This document shows positions 29,787 to 39,857 of a stretch of DNA of 64,000 bases, in pieces. Every line of letters starts with the position of its first letter. Positions within the stretch are counted from its first letter, which is position 1. The notes under the pieces were generated by a model. That model saw only the letters and a list, made by a program, of their open reading frames with translations, was not told where the DNA came from and did no database searches. Origin of the DNA: Minisyncoccia bacterium (lineage in GTDB: Bacteria; Patescibacteriota; Minisyncoccia; Phycocordibacterales; UBA918). Position numbers and translations under genes: made by a program. Where the stretch lies: the NCBI GenBank assembly GCA_041736805.1, contig JBGSSW010000016.1, positions 130,526 to 194,525 on the forward strand, given 5' to 3'.

Positions 29787-30476
29787 TTAGTAGAGTTTCT
29801 CTTCTACTAACTCAGCTTCAACAACGTAACGATCATCAGTACTGCCAAAACTGTTACAAGTAGCCAAAAATAGTCGTTTCGCTTGGCCGGCAATTGGTAC
29901 AGTCACTTCTTGAGCTTTAGCTCGATATACTTTATCTACTCGGTAAACGTACTCCCCTTCACTAGCGCTAATTTTGATGATGTCTCCCCACTTTAGATCT
30001 TGGATACCATTAAGGGCCTGGAAGTTCTTGTTTCGCACTACTGGTAAATAGCTGGAATGTCCCAAGATAAACAAAGTACCCGTTTGATCTAAGGTGGCTG
30101 AATCCGGGTGACGTACTACTCCATTTAGCAAGGCCTCATCGAGGTCAGCAATATCACGTGACTCTGGATTTAAAATAGTTATATTTTTATCAAGGGACTC
30201 AATCGTCATCATTAAAGGTAAGATGTTTGTCTTAGTTAGCACTTCCTGTGTCTCAACTTCTTCCGTAGGAGTTGAAGTTTTTTGAATATTTTCATTTAAA
30301 CTATTATCTGATTCGACGACTTCTTTTGTAACAGGATTTTTAACTAATTCAGGTAAAAAATCTAACCACGCTAAAGCCGCATAGGTCCCCAGGAAGACAA
30401 AAAAGAAAGTCACTAAGAAAGCGAACTTGCGTAGTAAAATAGCGTCTAACAATTGTGACAAGGAGTTAACGTTCAT
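29787..30476 (-). CDS. Sortase
   Basis: N-terminal TM anchor; His-Cys-Arg triad in ILGHSS, LATC and DDRYVV. Confidence 0.92.
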   Translation of the reverse strand: MNVNSLSQLLDAILLRKFAFLVTFFFVFLGTYAALAWLDFLPELVKNPVTKEVVESDNSLNENIQKTSTPTEEVETQEVLTKTNILPLMMTIESLDKNITILNPESRDIADLDEALLNGVVRHPDSATLDQTGTLFILGHSSYLPVVRNKNFQALNGIQDLKWGDIIKISASEGEYVYRVDKVYRAKAQEVTVPIAGQAKRLFLATCNSFGSTDDRYVVEAELVEEKLY

Positions 30477-30589
30477 ATCTTATCTATGATAGCACACCTT
30501 TAGAAGAAAGTCAATATAGCTCTAATTATTTATCTATTTACTACCCTGTATTGACTTTTATTGTTCATTATGGTAGCGTTTTTGGAATT

Positions 30590-31762
30590 ATGAATAATGT
30601 ATTACCAAAAAAGAAGGAGGGGTTACTAAAGACTTTAGCCATAGTAGGTCTGTTCGGAGTTATTATTATAATAGCGTGGATTTCCATCCAAATTGTTTCT
30701 GTCTTCCCTACCGCCATAAATTCACTAGCTTCACTGGCTGATAGTGTCTACAGCTATGATCCTCGTGCCGCGGTATCTGTAGATATTAAACCAACGGAGC
30801 AACCAGTTATCGCCGGTAAAGAATTTACGATTGAATGGGATAATGCAAGAACGACTGGAAGCTATGCTCTAACTTATGAATGTAATGATGACTTAGAAGT
30901 TGAACTCCAAACAACGGTGAGCGATTTTAAAAGCACACAATGTGATAGTCCTTACAACCTAGGGGCAGTTGCTTCGGCTAAATTGGTAGTTAATTCTGAT
31001 ATTAAATCAGTGGCGGAATTAAAGTACAAAATTGCCTATTTTAAGTCTGACACAGCTTCATCTTCAGCCGAAAATTCTGAAACAATCACTATCCTTAATC
31101 CCCGCTTAGCGGCCGCAGATTTTTCTAAACCGACTGAAGTTGAAAATGACAATATGCTTGCCACGACGACCGAAGAAATTATTGCTACTACCACTAATGA
31201 ATCCATCCAAGACCCTATTGTCGTTAATTCGACTACAACTAGTGAAGTGACTGTTATACCTAAAGAAACTACTCCTACTGTAACAATACCGGAAGCAATC
31301 CCTAAACCAGCCTCAACTACAACAGAAGAAGTCACTCAGCCAAAGCCAGTGCAGACAATACCACTTTATGAGTACACTTATGCTATCCCTGTCTCTAATC
31401 CAAATGGTTACACTGATTTAGTAGCTAGTTACATAGGTATCGGTTATGTTTCAAATGAAGGAATTTTCTTCACCACCGGTTCAATAAACAAGAACGCACC
31501 CGGAGCTATGCAATTCTCAGTAAAAAACGCTGGTACTAAAACCTCAGATAAATGGACTTTCACCGCAAATTTGCCAGGCGGCCTTAAATACGAATCCTCT
31601 TCTCAAATAGCTCTTAAGCCAAATGAAAGAGCCATCTTGACCATAAACTTCCCGGCTGTCACTAAAACACAGCTATATAATTTTGACTTAACCGCTAAAA
31701 CTACTGATGATATTAATTTAAGCAACAACCAAGCGGCTTGGACAATTGTAGTTATTAAATAA
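30590..31762 (+). CDS. Membrane-anchored protein with a Thr/Pro-rich stalk and C-terminal CARDB-like Ig domain
   Basis: N-terminal TM; ...DL...FSVKNAGTKTS...LKPNE...D.NLSNN; promoter TTGACT-17-TAGCGT (30551-30579); divergent from the sortase. Confidence 0.8.
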   Translation: MNNVLPKKKEGLLKTLAIVGLFGVIIIIAWISIQIVSVFPTAINSLASLADSVYSYDPRAAVSVDIKPTEQPVIAGKEFTIEWDNARTTGSYALTYECNDDLEVELQTTVSDFKSTQCDSPYNLGAVASAKLVVNSDIKSVAELKYKIAYFKSDTASSSAENSETITILNPRLAAADFSKPTEVENDNMLATTTEEIIATTTNESIQDPIVVNSTTTSEVTVIPKETTPTVTIPEAIPKPASTTTEEVTQPKPVQTIPLYEYTYAIPVSNPNGYTDLVASYIGIGYVSNEGIFFTTGSINKNAPGAMQFSVKNAGTKTSDKWTFTANLPGGLKYESSSQIALKPNERAILTINFPAVTKTQLYNFDLTAKTTDDINLSNNQAAWTIVVIK

Positions 31763-31767
31763 AAAGA

Positions 31768-31814
31768 TAAACAAAAGAGCGGTGAAGGCTTCGCCTTCAC
31801 CGCTCTTTTGTTTA
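31768..31814. terminator. Bidirectional terminator
   Basis: TAAACAAAAGAGCGGTGAAGGC-ttc-GCCTTCACCGCTCTTTTGTTTA. Confidence 0.85.
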
Positions 31815-31820
31815 AGTTCA

Positions 31821-33896
31821 TTAGATATCTAGATTTGCCATCTTGGCGTTAGATTGAATAAATGACTTTCGACTTGCGACGTCGGTTCCCATTAAGATAT
31901 CGAAGACCTTGTCAGCCATCATAGCGTCTTCAATATTTACTTGTTTAAGAATACGGAATTCTGGATTCATAGTCGTTTCCCAAAGTTCATCAGCATTCAT
32001 TTCTCCAAGCCCTTTATAACGTTGAATCCTGACTTTGCTATTTTTCTTTACTACCTCAACTTCACTTTCCTCTTCAGTTGCTTCTTCCTCTTCAATACTT
32101 TCATCATCTAGCTCAACCCCAAGACCATTCAAAATAGAAAACTTCTCAGCATCATCAAAGGCATACTGGATATCTTTTCCTTTTTGAATTTTGTATAGAG
32201 GTGGTTGGGCAATATAAATAAAGCCTCCTTCAATCAATGGTTTGAAGTACCGGAAAAACAAAGTTAGAAGTAGGGTTCTAATGTGGGCTCCATCAACGTC
32301 AGCGTCGGTAGCAATAATAATTTTATGGTAGCGTAAACGAGAAATATCAAAGACATCTCCGATAGCCGTTCCTAAAGCAATAACAACATTTTTAATTTGT
32401 TCAGAAGCAAGCATTTTATCAATTCTTGCTCTTTCAACATTAAGAATCTTGCCTCGCAAGGCCAAAATTGCTTGAGTCTTTCTATCTCGACCCATTTTCG
32501 CCGAACCTCCGGCTGAGTCACCTTCCACAATAAATAACTCTGAGTCTTCTGCCTTCTTACTCTGACAATCAGCTAGTTTACCAGGCAAAGACATGCCTTC
32601 TAGGGCCCCTTTACGTAGCACACTGTCCTTTGCGGCCTTAGCCGCCTTACGAGCCTTTACAGCTATCACTACCTTATTAATGATTGCTTTGGCATCATCT
32701 GGATGCTCTTCTAGATACATCGCGAAGGCTTCTCCAAAGACCGATTCGACGGCTCCCCGAGCCTCAACCGAACCAAGCTTAGCTTTTGTCTGTCCTTCAA
32801 ATTGAATGTCTGGCATCTTTACAGAAATCACCGCTGTAATCCCTTCTAGTACATCATCACCAGTAAAACCAGCGTCTTTATCTTTGACTGAAAAGAAATT
32901 ATTCTTCCGAGCATAATTATTTAGCGTCCTAGTTAAAGCTGTTTTAAATCCAGTGATGTGAGTGCCGTGTTCAGGATTGTAAATATTGTTTGCAAAAGCA
33001 GAGATGCGAGCGGAAATATCATCTACGTATTGCAAAGCTACCTCCACGGAAAGGACTTTTGCATCAACTTCATTCTTTTCTACGTAAAAGATATTTTTAT
33101 GTACGGGCTTTTGATAATGATTATTAAAAGCCACCAAAGAACGTAGCCCACCTTCGAAATAGAAATGTTGTTGTGGTACTTCGAAGTGTTCGTCAGTCAA
33201 ATAATGTCTGCCTTTGATATCTAACTTCTTTAGTACCGCTGGATCAATTTCCCTAGCGTCGACAATTGATATCTGTAGCTTCTTAACCAAATAAGCTTGC
33301 TGTCTTAAATGGTTCACAATCCGACGGTAATCATAAATAACCTCATTGAAGATAGTTGGGTCGGCTTGGAAATTAATGATGGTTCCTTGGAATTTGGATG
33401 GCCCGACTTTCTTAACTTTTGCCTTTGGTTTACCGATATTATATTCCTGAATGTAATAGCCTCCGTCACGATGAATTTCAGCAATGACATGTGTAGACAG
33501 AGCATTAACTACTGAGATACCAACCCCATGCAGACCTCCTGATACTTTATATCCAGTATCTTCTCCACCAAACTTTCCTCCAGCGTGAAGAGTACACATA
33601 ATTGTTTCAAGGGCCGAAACCTTGCTTTGCTTATGTATATCAACTGGAATACCCCGTCCATTATCGACAACTCTAATGTAGTTATCCGGCAAAAGGACTA
33701 CTTCAATTCGGTCAGCAAAACCACCCATCGCTTCATCACGACAGTTATCGAAGACTTCCCAAATTAAATGATGTAGCCCGTCAGGACCAGTGGTACCGAT
33801 ATACATACCCGGTCGTTTCCGTACCGGTTCAAGTCCTTCAAGAACTGAAATTGATGAAGCGTCGTAACTACTTTTCTTCTCTTTTTTTTCTGCCAT
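31821..33896 (-). CDS. gyrB: DNA gyrase subunit B (start revised to 33896)
   Basis: LEGLEPVRKRPGMYIG, VEGDSAGGSAK, TDADVDGAHI and QRYKGLGEM. Confidence 0.97.
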   Translation of the reverse strand: MAEKKEKKSSYDASSISVLEGLEPVRKRPGMYIGTTGPDGLHHLIWEVFDNCRDEAMGGFADRIEVVLLPDNYIRVVDNGRGIPVDIHKQSKVSALETIMCTLHAGGKFGGEDTGYKVSGGLHGVGISVVNALSTHVIAEIHRDGGYYIQEYNIGKPKAKVKKVGPSKFQGTIINFQADPTIFNEVIYDYRRIVNHLRQQAYLVKKLQISIVDAREIDPAVLKKLDIKGRHYLTDEHFEVPQQHFYFEGGLRSLVAFNNHYQKPVHKNIFYVEKNEVDAKVLSVEVALQYVDDISARISAFANNIYNPEHGTHITGFKTALTRTLNNYARKNNFFSVKDKDAGFTGDDVLEGITAVISVKMPDIQFEGQTKAKLGSVEARGAVESVFGEAFAMYLEEHPDDAKAIINKVVIAVKARKAAKAAKDSVLRKGALEGMSLPGKLADCQSKKAEDSELFIVEGDSAGGSAKMGRDRKTQAILALRGKILNVERARIDKMLASEQIKNVVIALGTAIGDVFDISRLRYHKIIIATDADVDGAHIRTLLLTLFFRYFKPLIEGGFIYIAQPPLYKIQKGKDIQYAFDDAEKFSILNGLGVELDDESIEEEEATEEESEVEVVKKNSKVRIQRYKGLGEMNADELWETTMNPEFRILKQVNIEDAMMADKVFDILMGTDVASRKSFIQSNAKMANLDI

Positions 33897-33973
33897 GCCG
33901 AAATTATTTATCCTTAAATATATCAATATTATAGCAGAAAATGGCTATTTTGTCTGTCTAAATAAAAGGATAA

Positions 33974-35878
33974 TTAACGTGTCTCCCAGCCTTGGTTTTG
34001 AACGTTTTTATAGATTAATTCCATATAAGATTGAACCTCATCATCGGTGAGTGTTTTCTCGGTTGATTGAAATACCAAACGAAAAGCGTAGGAAATTTTA
34101 CCATCCTTAGTAAACTCATCAAATAAAGTAGTTCGATAAAGCAAAGGTCCGGCCGTATTCTCAATAACTCCCATCACAACACTGGCAGTAGTTTTACTAT
34201 CGACCCACATGGCGATATCGCGGGCAATGGCTGGATAAACTGAGAAAGGCCGATATTTAATCTCTGGTTTTTTAATTACCGTTGCATATTTTTCTACCTC
34301 CGGTAAATCAGGTAAAAGTAAATCGAGCGAAAACTCCGCGATACCATCTGAATTAGTAAGCATAACCGGTTCAGTACCAAGGACATCTACAATGGCCTCT
34401 AAGGCCTCCTTTAGCAAACTGTCGTCTACTTTTTGTTTATAACTAGTTCCAGTTTGTACTGCCAACACCACTCTAAACTCTTCGTCTGAGGCACTAAAAA
34501 CTGTTCCAATTTCAAATATTTTTATGGCCGTCACTCCCAACAAATCGCGATGGGAAATATTTTTGTCTCTGGCCTCTTTAATGTTTTCGACTAAAGAACT
34601 CCTTAAACAACCTTTATCAGAAGCTAAAGCGTTTTCGAGTTTAACAATATCATTACTGCGAAATGAGCTACTAAATATTTCTGAAAAGCCTAAGCCAACT
34701 AATCTCTCCCTAATCAATTCAGCGTAGTAGTGACGTTTATTGAACTCACCAACAATTTGTGTAGCTGGTGGAATAGACACAATATTGTGAAGTCCGTGCA
34801 TACGACCAATTTCTTCAACCAAGTCTTCAGCCATAATTAAATCGTCTCGCTCAAAGGAAGGAGTAACTGAAATTACATTTTCTTTCCAAGTATAGGCGTA
34901 ACCAAATCTTTCTATGATAGCTGAAACCTCAGCTTGCTTTAGTTCCAGACCCAAAATTGAGTTAATTTTTTTAAGCGTACACGAGACAGGCTCTCGAACA
35001 ACGACATCATTACCATCAGCAACTTGGCCGACCAATTTACCTCCCGCGACTTCTAAAATAACTTCAACTACTCTATTTAGAGCAATTTTAGAAACACCTA
35101 CTCCAATACCATTCTCAAATCTTTTTGAAGCGTCAGTTTGTAGTTTTAATTGCTTTGCAGTATTCCTTACTGCCACACGCTCAAAATGAGCCGACTCAAG
35201 TAAGATACTGGTAGTAGTATTTTCCACCGCCGCAAACTTACCGCCCTTGACTCCAGCGATACCAATTGCCCGTTCCGTGTAATCGTCCGTAATAACCGTA
35301 TCGTCAATATTTAAATTATAACTTTCACCAGTTAAAGTTACGATACTTTCCCCGGCTTTAGCTTTTCTAATACCGATTTTTAGTACACCCCCCTCTTTAC
35401 TCAGCTTGTCTGCATCAAAAGCATGTAGTGGCTGGCCCAATTCAAACATTACGAAATTCGTCGCATCAACAATATTATTAATTGAACGCTGTCCAATTGC
35501 TTCCAAGCTCTCCTTTAACCAAAGTGGTGACGGTCCAACTTTAACTCCCTCTATCAAAGCGGCTGCATAAAAATCACAGGTGTCTGAAGCACGATTGATA
35601 GAAATTTTGTCACTATTTGTAAAATTGACCTCGGTTAAGAATGGATCTTTTTTAAGTGGGACGTTCAGGATAACCGAAATTTCTTTAGCTAGACCTCGGT
35701 GTGACATCAACCAGGCAGATTTATCAGGCAGGACTTTAACATCAAGCACAGTGTCTTGCGATAATGAAATAACCTCTTCAATCTCTGACGAATGAAAGGT
35801 GATTTTGTCGGCCAAAACTTCTGGAGTTGGCAAAGTTTCAGCAAAAAATGTTTGTATCCAGTGGTGGGAGAATTTCAT
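33974..35878 (-). CDS. pheT: Phenylalanyl-tRNA synthetase beta subunit (shortened)
   Basis: B3/B4 (NNIVDATNFVMFELGQPLHAFD), B5 (DLVEEIGR) and FDX-ACB (RDIAM..LTDDEV); no OB-fold insert. Confidence 0.95.
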   Translation of the reverse strand: MKFSHHWIQTFFAETLPTPEVLADKITFHSSEIEEVISLSQDTVLDVKVLPDKSAWLMSHRGLAKEISVILNVPLKKDPFLTEVNFTNSDKISINRASDTCDFYAAALIEGVKVGPSPLWLKESLEAIGQRSINNIVDATNFVMFELGQPLHAFDADKLSKEGGVLKIGIRKAKAGESIVTLTGESYNLNIDDTVITDDYTERAIGIAGVKGGKFAAVENTTTSILLESAHFERVAVRNTAKQLKLQTDASKRFENGIGVGVSKIALNRVVEVILEVAGGKLVGQVADGNDVVVREPVSCTLKKINSILGLELKQAEVSAIIERFGYAYTWKENVISVTPSFERDDLIMAEDLVEEIGRMHGLHNIVSIPPATQIVGEFNKRHYYAELIRERLVGLGFSEIFSSSFRSNDIVKLENALASDKGCLRSSLVENIKEARDKNISHRDLLGVTAIKIFEIGTVFSASDEEFRVVLAVQTGTSYKQKVDDSLLKEALEAIVDVLGTEPVMLTNSDGIAEFSLDLLLPDLPEVEKYATVIKKPEIKYRPFSVYPAIARDIAMWVDSKTTASVVMGVIENTAGPLLYRTTLFDEFTKDGKISYAFRLVFQSTEKTLTDDEVQSYMELIYKNVQNQGWETR

Positions 35879-35898
35879 ATTTATTTTTTGTACTTAAG

Positions 35899-36000
35899 AA
35901 AATAAGTAAAGTTCGAGGCGTGCAAACAAAATATTGCGAGGCATATCGAGTATATGTTGAGAAATATTTTGTGAAGCACAACAAAGAAATTTACTATTTT
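35899..36000. repeat. ~102-bp structured intergenic element, copy A
   Basis: AAAATAAGTAAAGTTCGAGGC...GAGGCATAT..ATATGTTGA...TTTACTATTTT; homologous to 47630-47733. Confidence 0.8.
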
Positions 36001-36012
36001 CATAATTACAAT

Positions 36013-36729
36013 TTAAAACTGATTAACAAAACGTAGATCCCCGTTATACATTAGTCGAATATCATCAACTCCATACTTCAAAACTGCCAACCTATCAATT
36101 CCCATTCCAAAGGCGAAACCTTGGTAAATTTCTGGGTTTATACCTGAAGCGCTTAAAACATTCGGGTGTACCATTCCGGCACCCATAATTTCTATCCACC
36201 GACCCGATAATTTATTTTCATCATCTTTAGCAATCTTCATATCAACCTCTACTCCTGGTTCGACAAATGGGAAAAAACTCGGACGAAAACGTACCTCTAC
36301 TTGCCCACCAAAGAACTTCGAAAAGAAATATTCTAGAACTCCTTTCATGTGGCCAAGAGAAACATCCTTATCCACCATTAATCCTTCTAACTGAAAAAAC
36401 TGAGCTTCGTGAGTTGCGTCAGTGGCTTCATTTCTAAAAACTTTTCCTGGACATATCATTCTAATTGGTGCTTGGTGTGACTGCATATATCTTACCTGTA
36501 CCGGTGAAGTATGGGTCCGCATTACTACATCTGGTTTTCCAGCAATATAAAAAGTATCCTGCATATCACGTGAAGGATGGTCTTTTGGTACATTCAAAGC
36601 GTCAAAATTATTAGCCACCAATTCCCTTTCTGGTCCTTCGGCAAAAGTGAAGCCAATTTCAGCAAAAATGCTATTGATTTCAGCTATCATGTGTGAGAGA
36701 GGGTGTTGGTGTCCAATTTGCTTGTTCAT
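36013..36729 (-). CDS. pheS: Phenylalanyl-tRNA synthetase alpha subunit (catalytic domain only)
   Basis: GHQHPL, NFDALN.PKDHPSRDMQDTFY, RFRPSFFPFVEP and GFAFGMGIDR. Confidence 0.97.
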   Translation of the reverse strand: MNKQIGHQHPLSHMIAEINSIFAEIGFTFAEGPERELVANNFDALNVPKDHPSRDMQDTFYIAGKPDVVMRTHTSPVQVRYMQSHQAPIRMICPGKVFRNEATDATHEAQFFQLEGLMVDKDVSLGHMKGVLEYFFSKFFGGQVEVRFRPSFFPFVEPGVEVDMKIAKDDENKLSGRWIEIMGAGMVHPNVLSASGINPEIYQGFAFGMGIDRLAVLKYGVDDIRLMYNGDLRFVNQF

Positions 36730-36740
36730 AAAAATAATGT

Positions 36741-37883
36741 TTACTCAGTAATAATTTCTGGTAAAACTTCCAGTAAAAAATTACCGTCCTTAACAAATAT
36801 ACTTCCACTATAGACTATAGTTTGCAAATCTCTTCCTGGATATAAAAGTTGTACATTCTGCCAAGCACGATCATCTATTTCTACCACATAAAGTCCGTCT
36901 TCAAGTGTCATCAACACTAAGTCTTGGTTATCTGGAAAGAAATCAAATCCTCGCACCGTCTGCCATTTTCGATCAATCCTTATTTCAGTACGACATTCTT
37001 GTTCACTATCCGAAACTTCACTGATAGTATCCTGAAATAATAATTCTTCTTCTACTGCCCCAGCCAAAGTCCCAGTCATAACCGCCGCGGTCTGGTTGCT
37101 AGCAGTTGCTAACTGACTAGTACAGAAATAGTGAGGTATCTGCTTCCCAATACCAATAGCCCCAACAAACACTTCATCACCATTTTGATATAAAGTTAAA
37201 TTATCTCTGGTTATGGTTGTGGTAGCCAACTCCTCGCTTGAGGTTGAACTAGTTGTAGAGAAACTAAACATTTCTCTTTCTTTTTTTAACTTAGCAGTAG
37301 TCGAAGCTTTGGCTAAAAATAAATCTGTAATTAAGTCGTACTCTGGATTTTCACGGTAGGTTGAAGTTGCTTTTGTTGTAGTTAGAAAGAATGGTACTGA
37401 GCTAGAAGCAAAGTCCAATATCGAAGCGTTGGTAGTACTAGCTACCACGAAGACAGCCTCTCCGGTTATCTTCTGATATTCAGTTACTGGTCTAATCTGT
37501 GGCACTAGCGGTAAATTAAAAGCTTCAGCCTCTGTCACGATATGTCGCTGAATTACTAAATTTTTTACCCAAGTATTCCGACCAGGTGTCTGAACGTGAA
37601 CGCGATGCAAACTAGGTTGTAGACCTTGAATATAATAAGCTTTCCTGAAAACTCTAGCGTTTGTCACCTCTAACTCATCTATAAAAATTTTGCTGTCAAT
37701 CGCTTCAGCGGCAATATAAAGACCGCCAGTAGCGGTAATAGACGGCTGGTCTGAGAAAAAATTATACCGGTAACCAGTAGCATAGAAAATAAAGGCTGGC
37801 AGGCTTAATAAAAAAGCTACTAATAATAAGAAGAAAATTAGTCTTCTTTGCCACCTAGCTAATGGTTCTACAATGGGTTTCAT
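36741..37883 (-). CDS. Membrane-anchored PEGA-like domain protein
   Basis: N-terminal TM followed by YATGYR..TGGLYI, then a Thr-rich region and beta-rich C-terminus. Confidence 0.75.
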   Translation of the reverse strand: MKPIVEPLARWQRRLIFFLLLVAFLLSLPAFIFYATGYRYNFFSDQPSITATGGLYIAAEAIDSKIFIDELEVTNARVFRKAYYIQGLQPSLHRVHVQTPGRNTWVKNLVIQRHIVTEAEAFNLPLVPQIRPVTEYQKITGEAVFVVASTTNASILDFASSSVPFFLTTTKATSTYRENPEYDLITDLFLAKASTTAKLKKEREMFSFSTTSSTSSEELATTTITRDNLTLYQNGDEVFVGAIGIGKQIPHYFCTSQLATASNQTAAVMTGTLAGAVEEELLFQDTISEVSDSEQECRTEIRIDRKWQTVRGFDFFPDNQDLVLMTLEDGLYVVEIDDRAWQNVQLLYPGRDLQTIVYSGSIFVKDGNFLLEVLPEIITE

Positions 37884-37897
37884 ACTTACAATAATTA

Positions 37898-39460
37898 TTA
37901 TACGCTACGCGTTTTTGGAGTTACCCAAAATCCCATATACTTTCCAAACATTAATCTTGTCTGGGCATCAATTCCTGGAATGGCACTAAAAATAATCATC
38001 GTGGCCGGAACCATAATCCACTGCAAGGCCATCACCAAATATCTGAACCGACTAGCATTTTGTGGCCGAGGCGGAATAAGGGTCAAAGATATTACTGAAG
38101 AAATTACCAAACCAAACATCGCCAATATCAATAAATCTCTTACCACAATCGGCAAGTTGTATGACAGGACTGTCTGGTGAAATTCTTGGCCACCAAGGAA
38201 AATTGGGGCCCAGCCCAAAATGAAGAGCATGATTGGGTTTGTTACCAAGGACCAGTAGCCTTCCGCTTGCTGCAAGGCCACTTTAATTCTTTTCTTTAGT
38301 GGGATGTTCTTATTTTGAGTAAAGTGATAAAGAATGTAACAGAGGTTTTCCACGCCGTAAGTCCAGCGGCGATGTTGTTTATATATTTGGCCAATGGTTT
38401 TCCACAAACTTGATGAGGCGTTGGCGTCCATGGATACAGGATAAGACAAAGGTACGACATTGTAATTACCATTATTGGCCACGAGGAGATTCCAAAAAAT
38501 TCTTGAGTCTTCGCTCACCATATTGGACTGCCAATAACCCACCTCATACAAAGCTTGAAAACTAACTGAGTGGGAAGAAAAGGTGGCCATTCGCTCCGGT
38601 CGTTCCTGCTGCACCATTTCCCAGAAAGTACTACTCATCGCCACAACCCTAGAAATAGCTGGGGCTTCCCAAATATTGTTATTAAAAATTGGTATTGGTT
38701 GAAAAGAACTTTTCAGGGGGTTTTCAGCCGTCATAAAATGCCAAATCAAGCAATTAAAATAATCAGGATAAAGAACAGTATCAATATCAAAAATCGAGAC
38801 AATGGTCTCATCGTAACGGAGTTTATTTTCATCAATAACTTTTACTCTAACTTGTTCGGCAGCGTAAGAAGCATTTGATCCCTTACCGGCCATTTCCCCT
38901 GGAACATCTTGTGGGTGAACGGTGTTTAAAAAGAAGCCAAAATTACTTCCGTACTTTGCTTTCATTTCCTCGCCAATTTCTCTAGCGTGTTCACCGGCCC
39001 GACCTTCTCCCGCTAAAACGATGATGATTTTTTTCTTATCATAATTAACTTTTGATAAAGCTTGTAAACTGGCTTCAATAACTGCAGCTGGTTCTTTATA
39101 AAATGGCAAAATAACCACATGGTGAAAAGACTTATAATCAAAGCGAAGAATCATTTTTTGCCAATCAAGTGACATGTGATGTCTTAGCCTTTTCCAGTTA
39201 TACCTTAAGTGATAAGACAAAAAAGCTGTCTTTAGGACCCAGTATAAAGCAAAAGCAATGACAAAATAAGCAGCAATAAATGGGGCATAGATAGATAAAA
39301 GTACTACCCCAATAAGCGTAGTCCAAGAAGCCAGGCCTGGTGCAATTTCAAGTAAACGGTAAAAAAGACGCCTTTTACCAGATAGTTCAGTTGCTCTACC
39401 AACATGAAAATCTGATCTCTTAGCGTACGGCAGCAGATGTGACTGTTCAGGAATACTCAT
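37898..39460 (-). CDS. Membrane glycosyltransferase, GT2-like
   Basis: ILPFYKEP, GKGSN, FDID (DxD), SED and QHRRW (QxxRW) motifs; N- and C-terminal TM helices. Confidence 0.88.
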   Translation of the reverse strand: MSIPEQSHLLPYAKRSDFHVGRATELSGKRRLFYRLLEIAPGLASWTTLIGVVLLSIYAPFIAAYFVIAFALYWVLKTAFLSYHLRYNWKRLRHHMSLDWQKMILRFDYKSFHHVVILPFYKEPAAVIEASLQALSKVNYDKKKIIIVLAGEGRAGEHAREIGEEMKAKYGSNFGFFLNTVHPQDVPGEMAGKGSNASYAAEQVRVKVIDENKLRYDETIVSIFDIDTVLYPDYFNCLIWHFMTAENPLKSSFQPIPIFNNNIWEAPAISRVVAMSSTFWEMVQQERPERMATFSSHSVSFQALYEVGYWQSNMVSEDSRIFWNLLVANNGNYNVVPLSYPVSMDANASSSLWKTIGQIYKQHRRWTYGVENLCYILYHFTQNKNIPLKKRIKVALQQAEGYWSLVTNPIMLFILGWAPIFLGGQEFHQTVLSYNLPIVVRDLLILAMFGLVISSVISLTLIPPRPQNASRFRYLVMALQWIMVPATMIIFSAIPGIDAQTRLMFGKYMGFWVTPKTRSV

Positions 39461-39637
39461 AAAAATATTCGTGAGTATATACTAAAAATGGCTGTAAATA
39501 AAGGCCAAGTACCATAAAAGGGTTATCTTTAGGGGTTATTTAATAAAATTGAAATATAAAGAGAAGCCATCTGTATGGCAAGCATACAGATTGGCCTCAC
39601 TCGATCATAAGTACGCTTAAGCTAAGGCTGAAGCTAG

Positions 39638-39685
39638 ACAGAAAATGACCAAAAGAAAGCTAGCTTTCTTTTGGTCATTTTCTGT
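39638..39685. repeat. Perfect 48-bp palindrome downstream of tRNA-Thr
   Basis: ACAGAAAATGACCAAAAGAAAGCT|AGCTTTCTTTTGGTCATTTTCTGT. Confidence 0.85.
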
Positions 39686-39730
39686 ATGTCTTCTCTCGTT
39701 ATCACTCGCGACTTACGACCCTTGTGTCGG

Positions 39731-39803
39731 AGCCATCTGTCAGGTTCGAACTGACGACCTACGGTTTACAAAACCGTTGCTCTACCAACTGAGCTAAGAT
39801 GGC
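39731..39803 (-). tRNA. tRNA-Thr(UGU), CCA not encoded
   Basis: GCCATCTTAGCTCAGTTGGTAGAGCAACGGTTTTGTAAACCGTAGGTCGTCAGTTCGAACCTGACAGATGGCT folds as a cloverleaf with anticodon TGT and discriminator U. Confidence 0.97.
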
Positions 39804-39857
39804 AATACTTCCCTTTGTGGTTCAACCAATTTTATCTAGTTAGATAGTTTTGTAAAT

